Made by a program: the position numbers and the translations under genes
Notes under the pieces: model-generated
What the model was told of the DNA's origin: nothing
Database searches by the model: none
The model's input: the letters and a program-made list of their open reading frames with translations, nothing else
Shown here: positions 21,478 to 30,833 of the stretch, in pieces
Layout of the letters: each line of letters starts with the position of its first letter
How positions within the stretch are numbered: position 1 is the stretch's first letter
Source: Vulcanimicrobiota bacterium
GTDB taxonomy: Bacteria; Vulcanimicrobiota; Vulcanimicrobiia; Vulcanimicrobiales; Vulcanimicrobiaceae
Assembly (NCBI GenBank): GCA_963820825.1
Contig: CAWGBN010000009.1
Location: 32,001 to 96,000 of the forward strand
Length of the DNA: 64,000 nt
Direction: 5' to 3'

Positions 21478-22458
21478 TTACAAGCCTTCGGCTACGAGGG
21501 CTTCGTCGACGGCAGCAAATGCTTGCTGCAGCGGTCCGTGATAGGTCAAGCCGGAGGCGCGAAAGTGTCCTCCGCCTCCCAGCCGCTGCGCCGCGGCCTG
21601 CACGTTGATCCGTCCGCTCGAGCGCAAACTTACGCGAATCTCCCCTTCGATCGCCTTGAAGAGCGCGGCGACGTCGACGCCGTCTTGCCCGAGAAGCGTA
21701 TTGACGACGTCCTCGGTATCCTCACCGTCCGCGCCGGTCTTGGCGAGCATCGCATCGTCGACGTACGAGTAGCAGTAACGGCCGGCGTGCTCGAAGCGCA
21801 TCGCCTCGATGACCGAGCCCAAGAGCTTGGTTGCGGCGACGCGTTTGCGCAGGAAGATCTCTTCGGTGATCTCTTCCTTGTCGGCGCCGCGCCGCATCAG
21901 CTCCGCGGCGAGCTCGAGCGCCTCGGGCGTCGTATTGGAGTGCATGAACCCGCCGGTGTCGGTCATGATCGTCGCGAGGATGCAGGTCGCGATGCGGTCG
22001 TCGATCGGTGCGCCGAGCTCGCGCAAGAGGTGCATGACGACCGTCCCCGTCGAGCACTCGCTCTCGAGAACGAAGTTGAGCGAGCCGAAGAGCGAGTTGC
22101 CGAGATGGTGGTCGATGTCGAGCATGTTCTCGCGCGCGACCGGCGGCAGATGCTCGCCGGCGCGCCGCCAGTCGCTCATGTCGCAGAAGACGTAGAGCGT
22201 ATCCTCGGGTAATTCGGGCGGCAACTCGCGCGAGACGAGCTCGGCTTCGGGCAAGAAACGCAGATTGCGTGGTACGCTGTCCTGCTGAAAGTACGCTACG
22301 CGTTTGCCCAAGCGCTTGAGCGCCAATCCGAGCGCCAATCCCGCACCGAGCGTGTCGCCGTCGGGTTTGACGTGACTGACCATGACGAAGGCGCTGCGCC
22401 GGCGTAGCTCGGCGACGACTTCTTGCGCCGAGGCAAGGCGCGGGGTGCTTTCGATCAT
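21478..22458 (-). CDS. nrnA: DHH-family bifunctional oligoribonuclease/PAP phosphatase
   Basis: HVKPDGD, DIDHH, TDTGGF, SLRS, GGGGH; between rbfA and truB. Confidence 0.9.
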   Translation of the reverse strand: MIESTPRLASAQEVVAELRRRSAFVMVSHVKPDGDTLGAGLALGLALKRLGKRVAYFQQDSVPRNLRFLPEAELVSRELPPELPEDTLYVFCDMSDWRRAGEHLPPVARENMLDIDHHLGNSLFGSLNFVLESECSTGTVVMHLLRELGAPIDDRIATCILATIMTDTGGFMHSNTTPEALELAAELMRRGADKEEITEEIFLRKRVAATKLLGSVIEAMRFEHAGRYCYSYVDDAMLAKTGADGEDTEDVVNTLLGQDGVDVAALFKAIEGEIRVSLRSSGRINVQAAAQRLGGGGHFRASGLTYHGPLQQAFAAVDEALVAEGL

Positions 22459-22820
22459 TCGTTCTCCTCGAGAGGCACTTGTGCGGCGGCTTCGCGCAGC
22501 GTCTTCGCCAGCGCAATCGCTCGCTCGGCGGAGCGATCCTCAACGAAGATCAGCTCGGGCGTGTGGCGCAGCTCGACCTTGCGCCCGAGCTCTCCACGCA
22601 GGAATCGCCCGGCGTGCTTGAGCGCGTCGAGCGATTGCCGTGCCTGGTGACGGTCGCCGATGACCGAGACGAAGACCTTACAGTGGCGCAGATCGTCGGT
22701 CACCTCGGCGCGCGTGACCGTTACGAAGGCGAGCCTGGGATCTTGCAACTCCTGGGAGATGAGCGTGCCGAGCACGCGCTGGACTTCGTGATCGATCTTC
22801 GCTATGCGCTGTGCCTTCAC
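22455..22820 (-). CDS. rbfA: Ribosome-binding factor A
   Basis: QDPRL..VTVT, DLRHCKVFVS, LRHTPEL.F..D.S. Confidence 0.93.
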   Translation of the reverse strand: MKAQRIAKIDHEVQRVLGTLISQELQDPRLAFVTVTRAEVTDDLRHCKVFVSVIGDRHQARQSLDALKHAGRFLRGELGRKVELRHTPELIFVEDRSAERAIALAKTLREAAAQVPLEENE

Positions 22821-25477
22821 GCCCGAACGAGCTCCGGCGCGACGTGCTCGAGCGCGAAGGCTTCGATGACGTCGCCTTCCTTCAGATCTTGGAACTTGGC
22901 GATCTGAATGCCGCACTCGAAGCCTTCGGCGACTTCGCGGACGTCGTCTTTGAATCGCCGCAGACTCTCGATCTCGCCGTCGAATACGACCGCGGCGTCT
23001 CGGATGATGCGCACCTTGGCGTTGCGCGCGATCTTTCCGCTCGTCACGTAGCATCCGACGATCGTGCCGACGCGGCTCACCTTGAACACTTGGCGAACCT
23101 CGGCGCGACCGAGCACGACCTCGCGCTCCACCGGCTTGAGCATGCCGCGCATTGCCTTCTTGAGATCGTCTTCGATCTCGTAGATGACTTGGTAGAAGCG
23201 CAGATCGACGCCTTCGTTCTCGGCCAGGCGGCGAGCCGTCTCGTCGGGACGGATATTGAAGCCGATCAGCACGGCGTTCGAAGCGCTCGCGAGGTTGACG
23301 TCGTTGGGCGAAATCGCGCCGACGCCGCCGTGGATGACGCGAATTTCAACGTCTTCGGTCGAGAGCGATTCCATGCGCGCGCGCAGTGCTTCGAGCGATC
23401 CTTGCCCGTCGGCTTTGATAATGAGGTTGAGCACCTTTCCGCCTTCGGCCGGCATCGACATGAACGTCTCGAGCGAGACGCGCTGGCTTCCCGTTGCCGC
23501 CATTCGCACGTCGCGCCGGCGAGTCGCACGTTTCTCCGCCGTTTCGCGGGCGACGCGCTCGTCGCTGACGACCATCAACATATCGCCTGCGGACGGAACG
23601 TCGGAGAGGCCCATGACCTCGACCGGAATCGACGGGCCGGCTTTTTTGACCTGTTTGCCCTTGTCGTCGATGAGCGCGCGGACTTTTCCGAAGGTGCCGC
23701 CCGCGACGACGATATCGCCGACGCGCAGCGTGCCGTTCTGCACCAGAACGGTTGCAACGGCGCCGCGCCCGCGGTGGAGCGCCGACTCGATGACGACGCC
23801 GCTCGCGCGACGATTCTTGTTCGCACGCAGCTCGCGAATGTCGGCTTCGAGCAGCACGGTGTCGAGGAGCGATTCGATGCCGTCGCCGGTCTTCGCCGAG
23901 ACCGGCACCATTTCGATGGTGCCGCCCCAATCGACGGGCTGCAGACCCTGCTCGACGAGTTGCTGCTTGACGCGATCGGGCTGCGCGTCCGGCCGGTCGA
24001 TCTTATTGATCGCGACGACGATCGGAACGTTCGCCGCTTTGACGTGCGCGATCGCCTCTTTCGTCTGCGGCATGACGCCGTCGTCGGCGGCCACGACGAG
24101 GATCGCGACGTCGGTAACCTTTGCACCGCGGGCGCGCATCGCCGTAAAGGCTTCGTGCCCCGGGGTATCGACGAACGTGATCTTTCGGTCGTTGCGCTCG
24201 ACGGTATAGGCACCGATCTTCTGGGTGATGCCGCCGGCCTCGCCCGCGGCGACGTTCGCTTGGCGGATCCGGTCGAGCAGCGACGTCTTTCCGTGATCGA
24301 CGTGACCGAGAACCGTAACGACCGGCGGACGCGCCGTGAGCATCTCCGGCCGATCCTCTTCCTGCTCGACGGTGACTTCTTCGCCGGCCTCTTTGACGAC
24401 CGCGTTGAAGCCGAAGCGCTTCGCGACTTGAATCGCGACGTCGCTCGAAATGTTTTGATTGATCGTCGCCATCGTGCCGATCTTGATCAGCTCGGTGATC
24501 ACGTCGCGCACCGGAACGATCATCGACGTCGCGAGCTCTTGCACGGTGAGCAGATCGGGAATTTCGATCGTTTCGAGCACGCGCGGCGGCGGAGCGGCGA
24601 CCGACTCGCCTTTCTTTTTGCGATGGCGCTCTTTCTCGAGGAGCAGCTCCTTCTCGCGGTCTTTCTTGGCGGCTGCCTTATCCTCGTGCGTGCGGGCGCG
24701 GTCGCCCGGGCGTCCCCCGGTCGAGGGCGTCGGAAGATCGGTGGTAACGGCACCCGGACGTCCCGGCGCGGGGCGCGCGCCCGGCGTCATCGGGCGGAAG
24801 GGTCCGTTTCCGGCGGGCCGGCGGGGCGGCGAGATGAGTCCGGGAGCGCTCGCGCGGGGCTGAGGCGTCCCTCGGCCGCCCTGTCCGGGCATCGCTTCGC
24901 CGGGCCGCGGGGCGACGCCGGGGCGTCCCGGGAGGCCGCTTCGCGGACCCGGTGAGGCCGAGGCGGCGGTGGCAGGCGGCGGCGGCCGGCGGACGACGGA
25001 GGGCTGTCCGGCCGGAACCGGCCGAAGCGTCGGAATCGATTCCGGCGCCGGACGCGGCGGCGGCTCGGCCCGCGGAGGCGCCGGTTCGGCGGCGGGAGGC
25101 TGCGGCGCGCGAGGCGGCGCTTGGGTCGAGGCGGCCGGGCGGGACGGCGCGCCGGTCACCGGACGAAGACGGGTGATGGGAGGCGGCGGAGGCGTAGCGG
25201 CGGGCTTGGCCGGGGGCTTCGCCGGCGGCGGTGCGGCCGAAACGGGCGGCGGGCTCGCCTTGGGTGCGGCGGGAGCGGCCTTTTCGGCCGGCTTTAGCAA
25301 CACGCTGCGAACCAGATCGGCGATCTGGTCCGGCACGACGCTCAACTGGTTCTTCGCCTCGAAGACCCCGCCCAAACGCTCGTTGAAGAGGGTGGTCAGT
25401 TCCTTCGAGGTGAGCCCGACCTCTTTGGCGAGCTCGAAAATACGTACTTTTCCGGCCAAGTTCACTCTCGAGCGCAT
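22817..25477 (-). CDS. infB: Translation initiation factor IF-2 (start may be TTG at 25459)
   Basis: RPPVVTVLGHVDHGKTSLLD, DTPGHEAF, NKID; Pro-rich N-terminal region. Confidence 0.97.
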   Translation of the reverse strand: MRSRVNLAGKVRIFELAKEVGLTSKELTTLFNERLGGVFEAKNQLSVVPDQIADLVRSVLLKPAEKAAPAAPKASPPPVSAAPPPAKPPAKPAATPPPPPITRLRPVTGAPSRPAASTQAPPRAPQPPAAEPAPPRAEPPPRPAPESIPTLRPVPAGQPSVVRRPPPPATAASASPGPRSGLPGRPGVAPRPGEAMPGQGGRGTPQPRASAPGLISPPRRPAGNGPFRPMTPGARPAPGRPGAVTTDLPTPSTGGRPGDRARTHEDKAAAKKDREKELLLEKERHRKKKGESVAAPPPRVLETIEIPDLLTVQELATSMIVPVRDVITELIKIGTMATINQNISSDVAIQVAKRFGFNAVVKEAGEEVTVEQEEDRPEMLTARPPVVTVLGHVDHGKTSLLDRIRQANVAAGEAGGITQKIGAYTVERNDRKITFVDTPGHEAFTAMRARGAKVTDVAILVVAADDGVMPQTKEAIAHVKAANVPIVVAINKIDRPDAQPDRVKQQLVEQGLQPVDWGGTIEMVPVSAKTGDGIESLLDTVLLEADIRELRANKNRRASGVVIESALHRGRGAVATVLVQNGTLRVGDIVVAGGTFGKVRALIDDKGKQVKKAGPSIPVEVMGLSDVPSAGDMLMVVSDERVARETAEKRATRRRDVRMAATGSQRVSLETFMSMPAEGGKVLNLIIKADGQGSLEALRARMESLSTEDVEIRVIHGGVGAISPNDVNLASASNAVLIGFNIRPDETARRLAENEGVDLRFYQVIYEIEDDLKKAMRGMLKPVEREVVLGRAEVRQVFKVSRVGTIVGCYVTSGKIARNAKVRIIRDAAVVFDGEIESLRRFKDDVREVAEGFECGIQIAKFQDLKEGDVIEAFALEHVAPELVRA

Positions 25478-25583
25478 GCGCGCTCGAGTCCCATCAGTTG
25501 GAGTGCGCGGAGCCCCAACCGACGGCTTGGCTCCGCTAGGTAATCAAAGGTTCGCCCTCATCGGAGGGAACGGTCGTCACGCT

Positions 25584-25838
25584 TCATTGCGTTTCATCTC
25601 TTTGCATGGGGCTTCTTATTAAACCATATTCTGCCGCCGTGGCGCCAAGCCCCGGGTAGCGCCGGTTCTTGCGCGCTCGCTCGGCGCATTCCATCGAACA
25701 GAGATAGGCACCGCGCCCCGCCCGCTTGCGCCGCGAGGCTCCGTCGGGCTGCCAGGCACCGGCGATGCGCACGAAGCGAGCGAGTTCCCGCTGCGGAAAC
25801 CGCGCTCGGCAGCCGACGCACGTCCGTATCGGGTCTAT
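25584..25838 (-). CDS. ylxR: YlxR/RnpM-family RNA-binding protein (probable ATA start)
   Basis: PIRTCVGCR and GRGAYLC..EC motifs; between nusA and infB; no ATG/GTG/TTG upstream of the first motif. Confidence 0.8.
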   Translation of the reverse strand: MDPIRTCVGCRARFPQRELARFVRIAGAWQPDGASRRKRAGRGAYLCSMECAERARKNRRYPGLGATAAEYGLIRSPMQRDETQ

Positions 25839-27055
25839 TCGCCGTCGTTCCCCAGCCGCTCGCGGCGGAACTCTTCGAGCTTGCGGATGAGCTCGGCATC
25901 GATCTCGTCGCCTTCGCCGGCGGGCGGCGCTTCGACGAGCTCAGTAACGGGCTGCTCGCTCGCCGCGCGCTCTTCCCGCTCGGCGAGATAGCGCTCGCGC
26001 GCCTGCGTCGATTCACTCTCCGTGGCAATGTCGAGGCGCCATCCCGTCAAGCGTGCCGCTAAGCGCACGTTTTGACCGTCGCGCCCGATCGCAAGCGAGA
26101 GCTGATAATCGGGGACGATCACCAGCGCGACCCCGTCGTCGTCGAAGAGCTCGACGCCGATCACTTTTGCCGGAGCGAGCGCGTTGGAGATAAACGTTGC
26201 AGGCGCCGGATCGTAGCGAATAATGTCGACCTTTTCGCCCCGAAGGTTATCGGTAACGTTGGCGATGCGGCTCGACTTCGGCCCGAAGCACGCCCCGATC
26301 GGATCGACCTCGGGTCGGTTGCTCTTGACGGCGACCTTCGAGCGGCTCCCCGGGTCGCGCGCGATCGCCATGATCTCGACGGTGCCGTCGGCGATCTCGG
26401 GAACTTCGAGCTCGAGCAATCGCTGCACGAGCCCTTCGGCCGCGCGCGAAAGAATCACCTGAGGTCCCTTCGGAGACTTCTTCACGTCGAGCACGTACGC
26501 CCGAATGAAGTCGTTGATGCGGTAAGCCTCGCCCGGTACTTGCTCGTCGAGATACATGACCGCTTCGTCGCGACCCTCGAGCGTAACGTACATGTTGCGC
26601 TGTTCGTACCGCTGAACCGTTCCCGTCACCAGGTCGTTGAGCTTGCGAACGTACTTGTTGTAAACGGTATCGCGCTCGGCTTCGCGGATGCGCTGCACGA
26701 TGACTTGCTTTGCGGTCTGCGCCGCGATGCGCCCGAAGTCTTTCGGCGTCACTTCTTGATCGTAGTAGTCGCCGATCTGGTATGGCGCGCCGGCCTCTTG
26801 CACGGAGATCTCGAGCTTCGGATCGGCAACTTCCTCGACGACCGCGCGCCGGTGAAATACGCGATACGCGCCGCTCTGGCGGTCGACGATGACGATGGCA
26901 TTCGACTCGCTTCCGAAATGCCGCTTGTATGCGGTCAGTAACGCCGCCTCGAGCGCTTCGAGCAGCATCTCGAACGAGATGTTGCGCTCTCGCGCAATGT
27001 ATTGAAGGACGTCGAGGAGTTTCTCCTCAGTTGCTGCGTTTTCTATCGTTGCCAT
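25835..27055 (-). CDS. nusA: Transcription termination/antitermination factor NusA
   Basis: FGRIAAQTAKQV, EVPEI.DG, LSLAIGRDGQNVRLAARLTGW. Confidence 0.97.
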   Translation of the reverse strand: MATIENAATEEKLLDVLQYIARERNISFEMLLEALEAALLTAYKRHFGSESNAIVIVDRQSGAYRVFHRRAVVEEVADPKLEISVQEAGAPYQIGDYYDQEVTPKDFGRIAAQTAKQVIVQRIREAERDTVYNKYVRKLNDLVTGTVQRYEQRNMYVTLEGRDEAVMYLDEQVPGEAYRINDFIRAYVLDVKKSPKGPQVILSRAAEGLVQRLLELEVPEIADGTVEIMAIARDPGSRSKVAVKSNRPEVDPIGACFGPKSSRIANVTDNLRGEKVDIIRYDPAPATFISNALAPAKVIGVELFDDDGVALVIVPDYQLSLAIGRDGQNVRLAARLTGWRLDIATESESTQARERYLAEREERAASEQPVTELVEAPPAGEGDEIDAELIRKLEEFRRERLGNDGE

Positions 27056-27569
27056 GCCTTTGTTTCCGTTCTCGTTTATCTCGTTTTAGATCCGCTCGCG
27101 GATCGAACTCCAAGTTTGCCGTTTTGATTGCCGCCAGCGGCAACAAGAGCTCGCCGCGTTCGGTTTCGACGACGACCGTCTCGCCGCGCAGACCGCGCAG
27201 AATCCCACGGTGCGTCTTGCCGCCGTCAATCGTCAGCGACGTGACGACGCGCGCACGTTCGCCGGCGAAGCGTTGGTAATCTTCGTGCCGAACGAGCGGG
27301 CGTTCGAGCCCCGCCGACTCGACTTCGAGCGAGTACGGCGCGTCGAGGCTGCCGAGACTCTCGTTGAGGCGCGCGGCGATGCGCTCGCAAAGCGCTAGGT
27401 CGACGCCCCCGGAACGATCGATCGTCACGCTCAATGCCGTCAAGCCGCGTACCGGTTGGGCACGGTGCGCGACGATCTCGAGTTCCGCGAAGGCCGGATC
27501 GTGTGCGATCGCGTCGAGCTCCCGCTCGAACGCCGCCGCAACCGCACCACCCCTGGAGACGCTACGCAT
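27027..27569 (-). CDS. rimP: Ribosome maturation factor RimP
   Basis: ID..GGV.L..C, YSLEVESAGLERPL; first gene of the nusA operon. Confidence 0.92.
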   Translation of the reverse strand: MRSVSRGGAVAAAFERELDAIAHDPAFAELEIVAHRAQPVRGLTALSVTIDRSGGVDLALCERIAARLNESLGSLDAPYSLEVESAGLERPLVRHEDYQRFAGERARVVTSLTIDGGKTHRGILRGLRGETVVVETERGELLLPLAAIKTANLEFDPRADLKRDKRERKQRHGNDRKRSN

Positions 27570-27598
27570 GATCTCGTTTGCCTGCTCTCTGAAGCAGC

Positions 27599-27670
27599 GA
27601 AGCGCGGGACGAACCCACGCTCCTTAAGAAAACCATCCACAAGGATAGCGAAAATTGCGACGGGCCGCAA
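27599..27670 (-). promoter_or_regulatory. rimP promoter and rimP-leader hairpin
   Basis: TTGCGG-17-TATCCT (27670-27642), then GAGCGTGGG-TTCGT-CCCGCGCTT stem with the GGG/CCC core known from rimP leaders. Confidence 0.55.
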
Positions 27671-27861
27671 CCCCACGTGGGCGCGGCCCCTCGCTCTCTC
27701 TATCTTTGCGATCGGCGCGCTGCCGGAAATCGTCCGGCTGGCGTGGGCGCGCGCTTGGCGCCCTAGTCGGCGCGTACTCGCGGGCTCAAGTGGCCCGGCG
27801 GATTTTGCGGTTCCAACCGCCCTCCTTCGTTTTTGACGAAGCGTGCCGGCCATTCCGGCAC
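27651..27861 (-). ncRNA. Candidate structured small RNA (~205 nt), possibly encoding a 17-aa peptide
   Basis: Own promoter TTGAAT-17-TAGAAT (27896-27868), six short hairpins, terminal long stem plus AATTTT. Confidence 0.45.
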
Positions 27862-27913
27862 AATGGAATTCTAGTGCGACTTATGTCGAAATTCAAGAGG
27901 GAAACGCACGAGC

Positions 27914-29332
27914 TCACGGCGACGAAACGGCCGACGGTGCGAACGGTACGAGACGGCGCCCGTCGCATGGCTGCGAGACCATTCCGTCGACGATCGGCGC
28001 GATGCCCGAATCGAAGGGTGCCAGCGGCGGTGCCGCTTGCCCGGCGCCGCCAATCGCAATCTGTGTGCCGTTTGCCGGACCGGCATGCATGTTGCTTTGG
28101 ACGTTCCCTTGGCCGGCCGGCGCGTCGGCGTAACCGCCGCGTATCGGCTCCGGATACCGCACGAGCCAGCCGGTGCAGATCGTCGTCGGTCCGGCCTTGC
28201 GCGCAGCGATGACCCACATCTTGACGCGCTCTTCGTTGCCGGTGCCGCGCACCTCGTAAATGTACTTCGTCTTTGCCAGAACGTCGGGAGGCGGCGTCGG
28301 TTCCAGCCTCCCGCGAAGCGAGAGATTCGGCGTATAGGATCGGCTCGACGGATTCACCGGATTGTGCGGAAGCAGCGAGCGCAGCTTCGCGTTGATGTTC
28401 GGCGCGATCTTCGGCTTCGGTGCGGGCGTTACCGGAGCGGCGGGGAGCGGGGTCGGTTGAATTTCGATCGGACGCTGCGCGGCGGGCGCCTTCTTCGGCG
28501 CGTTTCCGGCGTGCGGTCCGGGTGAAGCGCCGCCGCTGGGTCCGGGAGCCGGCGCGGTGCCGGCGGTTCGTGCGACGGCCGTCGTGCTCGTTGGGCTTGG
28601 ATTCGGTACTCCCGAACGCGGCGCCGGGGCGAGCGAGGCGCGGGCGGCGGGCGCCGGACTCGCGCTCGGTAGGGCACTCGCGCGCGCGATCGCCGCTGCG
28701 GTCGGCGAGGCTTGCGGCAGCGCGGGCGCCGGGGTCGCGACATGCTCGGTCGAGCGTGCGACCGGTGAGGGGGGCTTCGGCGAAGGACGAGCCGATGGGG
28801 CGCTCGTCGGAACCGGCGAAGGCGCGGCGGTCGGCGGCGCTTTCAACGAGACCGCAACCGGACCGACCGTCGGAACGGTGACCGGCGCCGCGGGAATCTC
28901 CGTGCGCGGCTGCGTCTCGAAGATGTTCTGCGTCGGCTGGGGATTCGGTTGCGGCGTCTGCTGCGGGAGCGGGGGCGGATTCGGCGGCGCGTTCGGCGCG
29001 ATCTTCGCCAGCTCGTGGCGATTGACCGGAAGCCGCTGCGTCTGCGGCTGCGCCAGAGGCGCGTGACGAAGCGGCGCGACGACGTTCACGTGCGGAACGG
29101 GAACGACGGCCCGGATAGCGGCCGGTTGATTCGCGACGACAACCGGTGAGGTGCGCTCGAGCGTGATGACTTCTCCGCCTTGCACGCTCTCGGTCGCACC
29201 TTGTTCCGACGAACTGGTGAGCACGGCGAAGAGCAGCGCTGCAAGCAGCGCGTGCAGGAAGAGCGAGGCTAGGAAGCTCGCCGAAAGCCGTTCGCGATAT
29301 CGGGGATCCTTCGGATCGCGCTCGAATTTCAC
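27914..29332 (-). CDS. Pro/Ala-rich single-pass membrane protein, TonB/TolA-like architecture
   Basis: TM helix with SLFLH, very long Pro-rich linker, globular C-terminal domain with two Cys. Confidence 0.7.
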   Translation of the reverse strand: MKFERDPKDPRYRERLSASFLASLFLHALLAALLFAVLTSSSEQGATESVQGGEVITLERTSPVVVANQPAAIRAVVPVPHVNVVAPLRHAPLAQPQTQRLPVNRHELAKIAPNAPPNPPPLPQQTPQPNPQPTQNIFETQPRTEIPAAPVTVPTVGPVAVSLKAPPTAAPSPVPTSAPSARPSPKPPSPVARSTEHVATPAPALPQASPTAAAIARASALPSASPAPAARASLAPAPRSGVPNPSPTSTTAVARTAGTAPAPGPSGGASPGPHAGNAPKKAPAAQRPIEIQPTPLPAAPVTPAPKPKIAPNINAKLRSLLPHNPVNPSSRSYTPNLSLRGRLEPTPPPDVLAKTKYIYEVRGTGNEERVKMWVIAARKAGPTTICTGWLVRYPEPIRGGYADAPAGQGNVQSNMHAGPANGTQIAIGGAGQAAPPLAPFDSGIAPIVDGMVSQPCDGRRLVPFAPSAVSSP

Positions 29333-29399
29333 TCGAGCCCTTAAGTGCGCTTAACCGAGCGCAGGAGCCTGCCGTCGGCGGTCGACAAGCCACGTTGTA

Positions 29400-30833
29400 A
29401 TGGAACCCATCCTGCAGAAACGCACGAAGATCGTCGCGACCGTCGGCCCCGCCTCGCGCGAACCCGCAATCCTGCGGTCGCTCTTCGTTTCGGGGGCGAA
29501 CGTCTTACGCTTGAACTTCTCCCACGGCGAACCCGAAGAGCATGCCACGGTGATCGACGCAGCGCGAAAAGTTTCGGCGGAACTCGGCATCCATACCGCG
29601 CTTTTACAAGACCTGCCCGGCCCCAAAGTGCGCACCGGACCGCTCGCCGGCGGCGTCAAATCGGTACGGCTCGAACGCGGCGCGCGCTTCGTCATCACCT
29701 CCGAGGCGGTCGCGGGAACTGCGGAGCGGGTCGGGACGACCTACCGCGACCTTGCAACCGACGTTGCCATCGGCAAGCGGATCTATCTTCAAGACGGACA
29801 AATAGCGCTGCTGGTCGTCGGAAAGAACGCGACCGAGATCGAGACGACGGTGGAGTTCGGCGGCGATCTGCGCTCGTCGGTCGGCATCAACTATCCCGAC
29901 GGCTCGCTCAATATCGCATCGGTCACGCCGCGCGACTTCGAGTATCTAGCGTTCGGGATCGAACACGGCGTCGACTACGTCGCCCTTTCGTTCGTGCGCT
30001 CCGCCGAAGACGTCGAACGCGCAAAAGCCTTCATCGCCGAACGTAACAAGCGCATTCCCGTCATCGCGAAGATCGAAAAACACGAAGCGCTCGCCGAACT
30101 CGATTCGATTATCGCTGCCGCCGACGGCATCATGGTCGCTCGCGGCGATCTCGGAATCGAGGTTCCGATCGAAACGGTGCCGATCATTCAGAAGGAGATC
30201 ATCGCGAAGTGCAACCGGGCCAGCAAACCGGTGGTCACCGCGACGCAAATGCTCGAGTCGATGATCTCCTCGCCGCGGCCCACGCGTGCCGAGGCGACCG
30301 ACGTTGCCAACGCCATCCTCGACGGTACCGATGCGGTTATGCTCTCGGCCGAGACGGCGATCGGCATCTATCCGACCGAGGCCGTTCGCACGATGGCCGA
30401 GATCGCGCGCGAGATCGAACGGTACTACCCGCACGCTTCGCTGCGCGACCGGCGACTGGAGAACATCGAACCGACCGTCGCTTCGTCGATCGCCGAGGCG
30501 GCGACGCGCGCGAGCGCGGAGCTGCAGATTCCCTTTATCGTTACCGGAACGACGACGGGGAATACGGCGCATCACCTCGCAGCGTTCCGTCCGCAGGCGC
30601 GCATCGTCGCGCTCACGCCCGAGCCGCAGGTCGCGCGACGCCTAGCGCTGCTCTGGGGAACCGAGGCGCTGCTGATCGATTCGTACTCCTCGATCGACGT
30701 TCTGCTTTACATGACCGAGCGGCACATGGTGCGCGAAGGACTCGTACGTTCCGGTGATCTGATCGCTTTTACGACGGGCATGCCGGTCGGATCCGGCGGC
30801 ACCAACGTGCTCAAGATCCACCCGATACCCTAG
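29400..30833 (+). CDS. pyk: Pyruvate kinase
   Basis: TKIVATVGPAS, RLNFSHG, IAKIE, MVARGDLG, ATQMLESM. Confidence 0.97.
   Translation: MEPILQKRTKIVATVGPASREPAILRSLFVSGANVLRLNFSHGEPEEHATVIDAARKVSAELGIHTALLQDLPGPKVRTGPLAGGVKSVRLERGARFVITSEAVAGTAERVGTTYRDLATDVAIGKRIYLQDGQIALLVVGKNATEIETTVEFGGDLRSSVGINYPDGSLNIASVTPRDFEYLAFGIEHGVDYVALSFVRSAEDVERAKAFIAERNKRIPVIAKIEKHEALAELDSIIAAADGIMVARGDLGIEVPIETVPIIQKEIIAKCNRASKPVVTATQMLESMISSPRPTRAEATDVANAILDGTDAVMLSAETAIGIYPTEAVRTMAEIAREIERYYPHASLRDRRLENIEPTVASSIAEAATRASAELQIPFIVTGTTTGNTAHHLAAFRPQARIVALTPEPQVARRLALLWGTEALLIDSYSSIDVLLYMTERHMVREGLVRSGDLIAFTTGMPVGSGGTNVLKIHPIP

Noticed and set aside
22811..24955. 714-aa plus-strand ORF and similar long antisense ORFs throughout the window
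   Set aside because: Shadow frames of real genes in high-GC DNA; no recognisable motifs or RBS
27651..27861. tRNA-Met (metY-like) upstream of rimP
   Set aside because: No cloverleaf, TTCG T-loop or anticodon arm can be built
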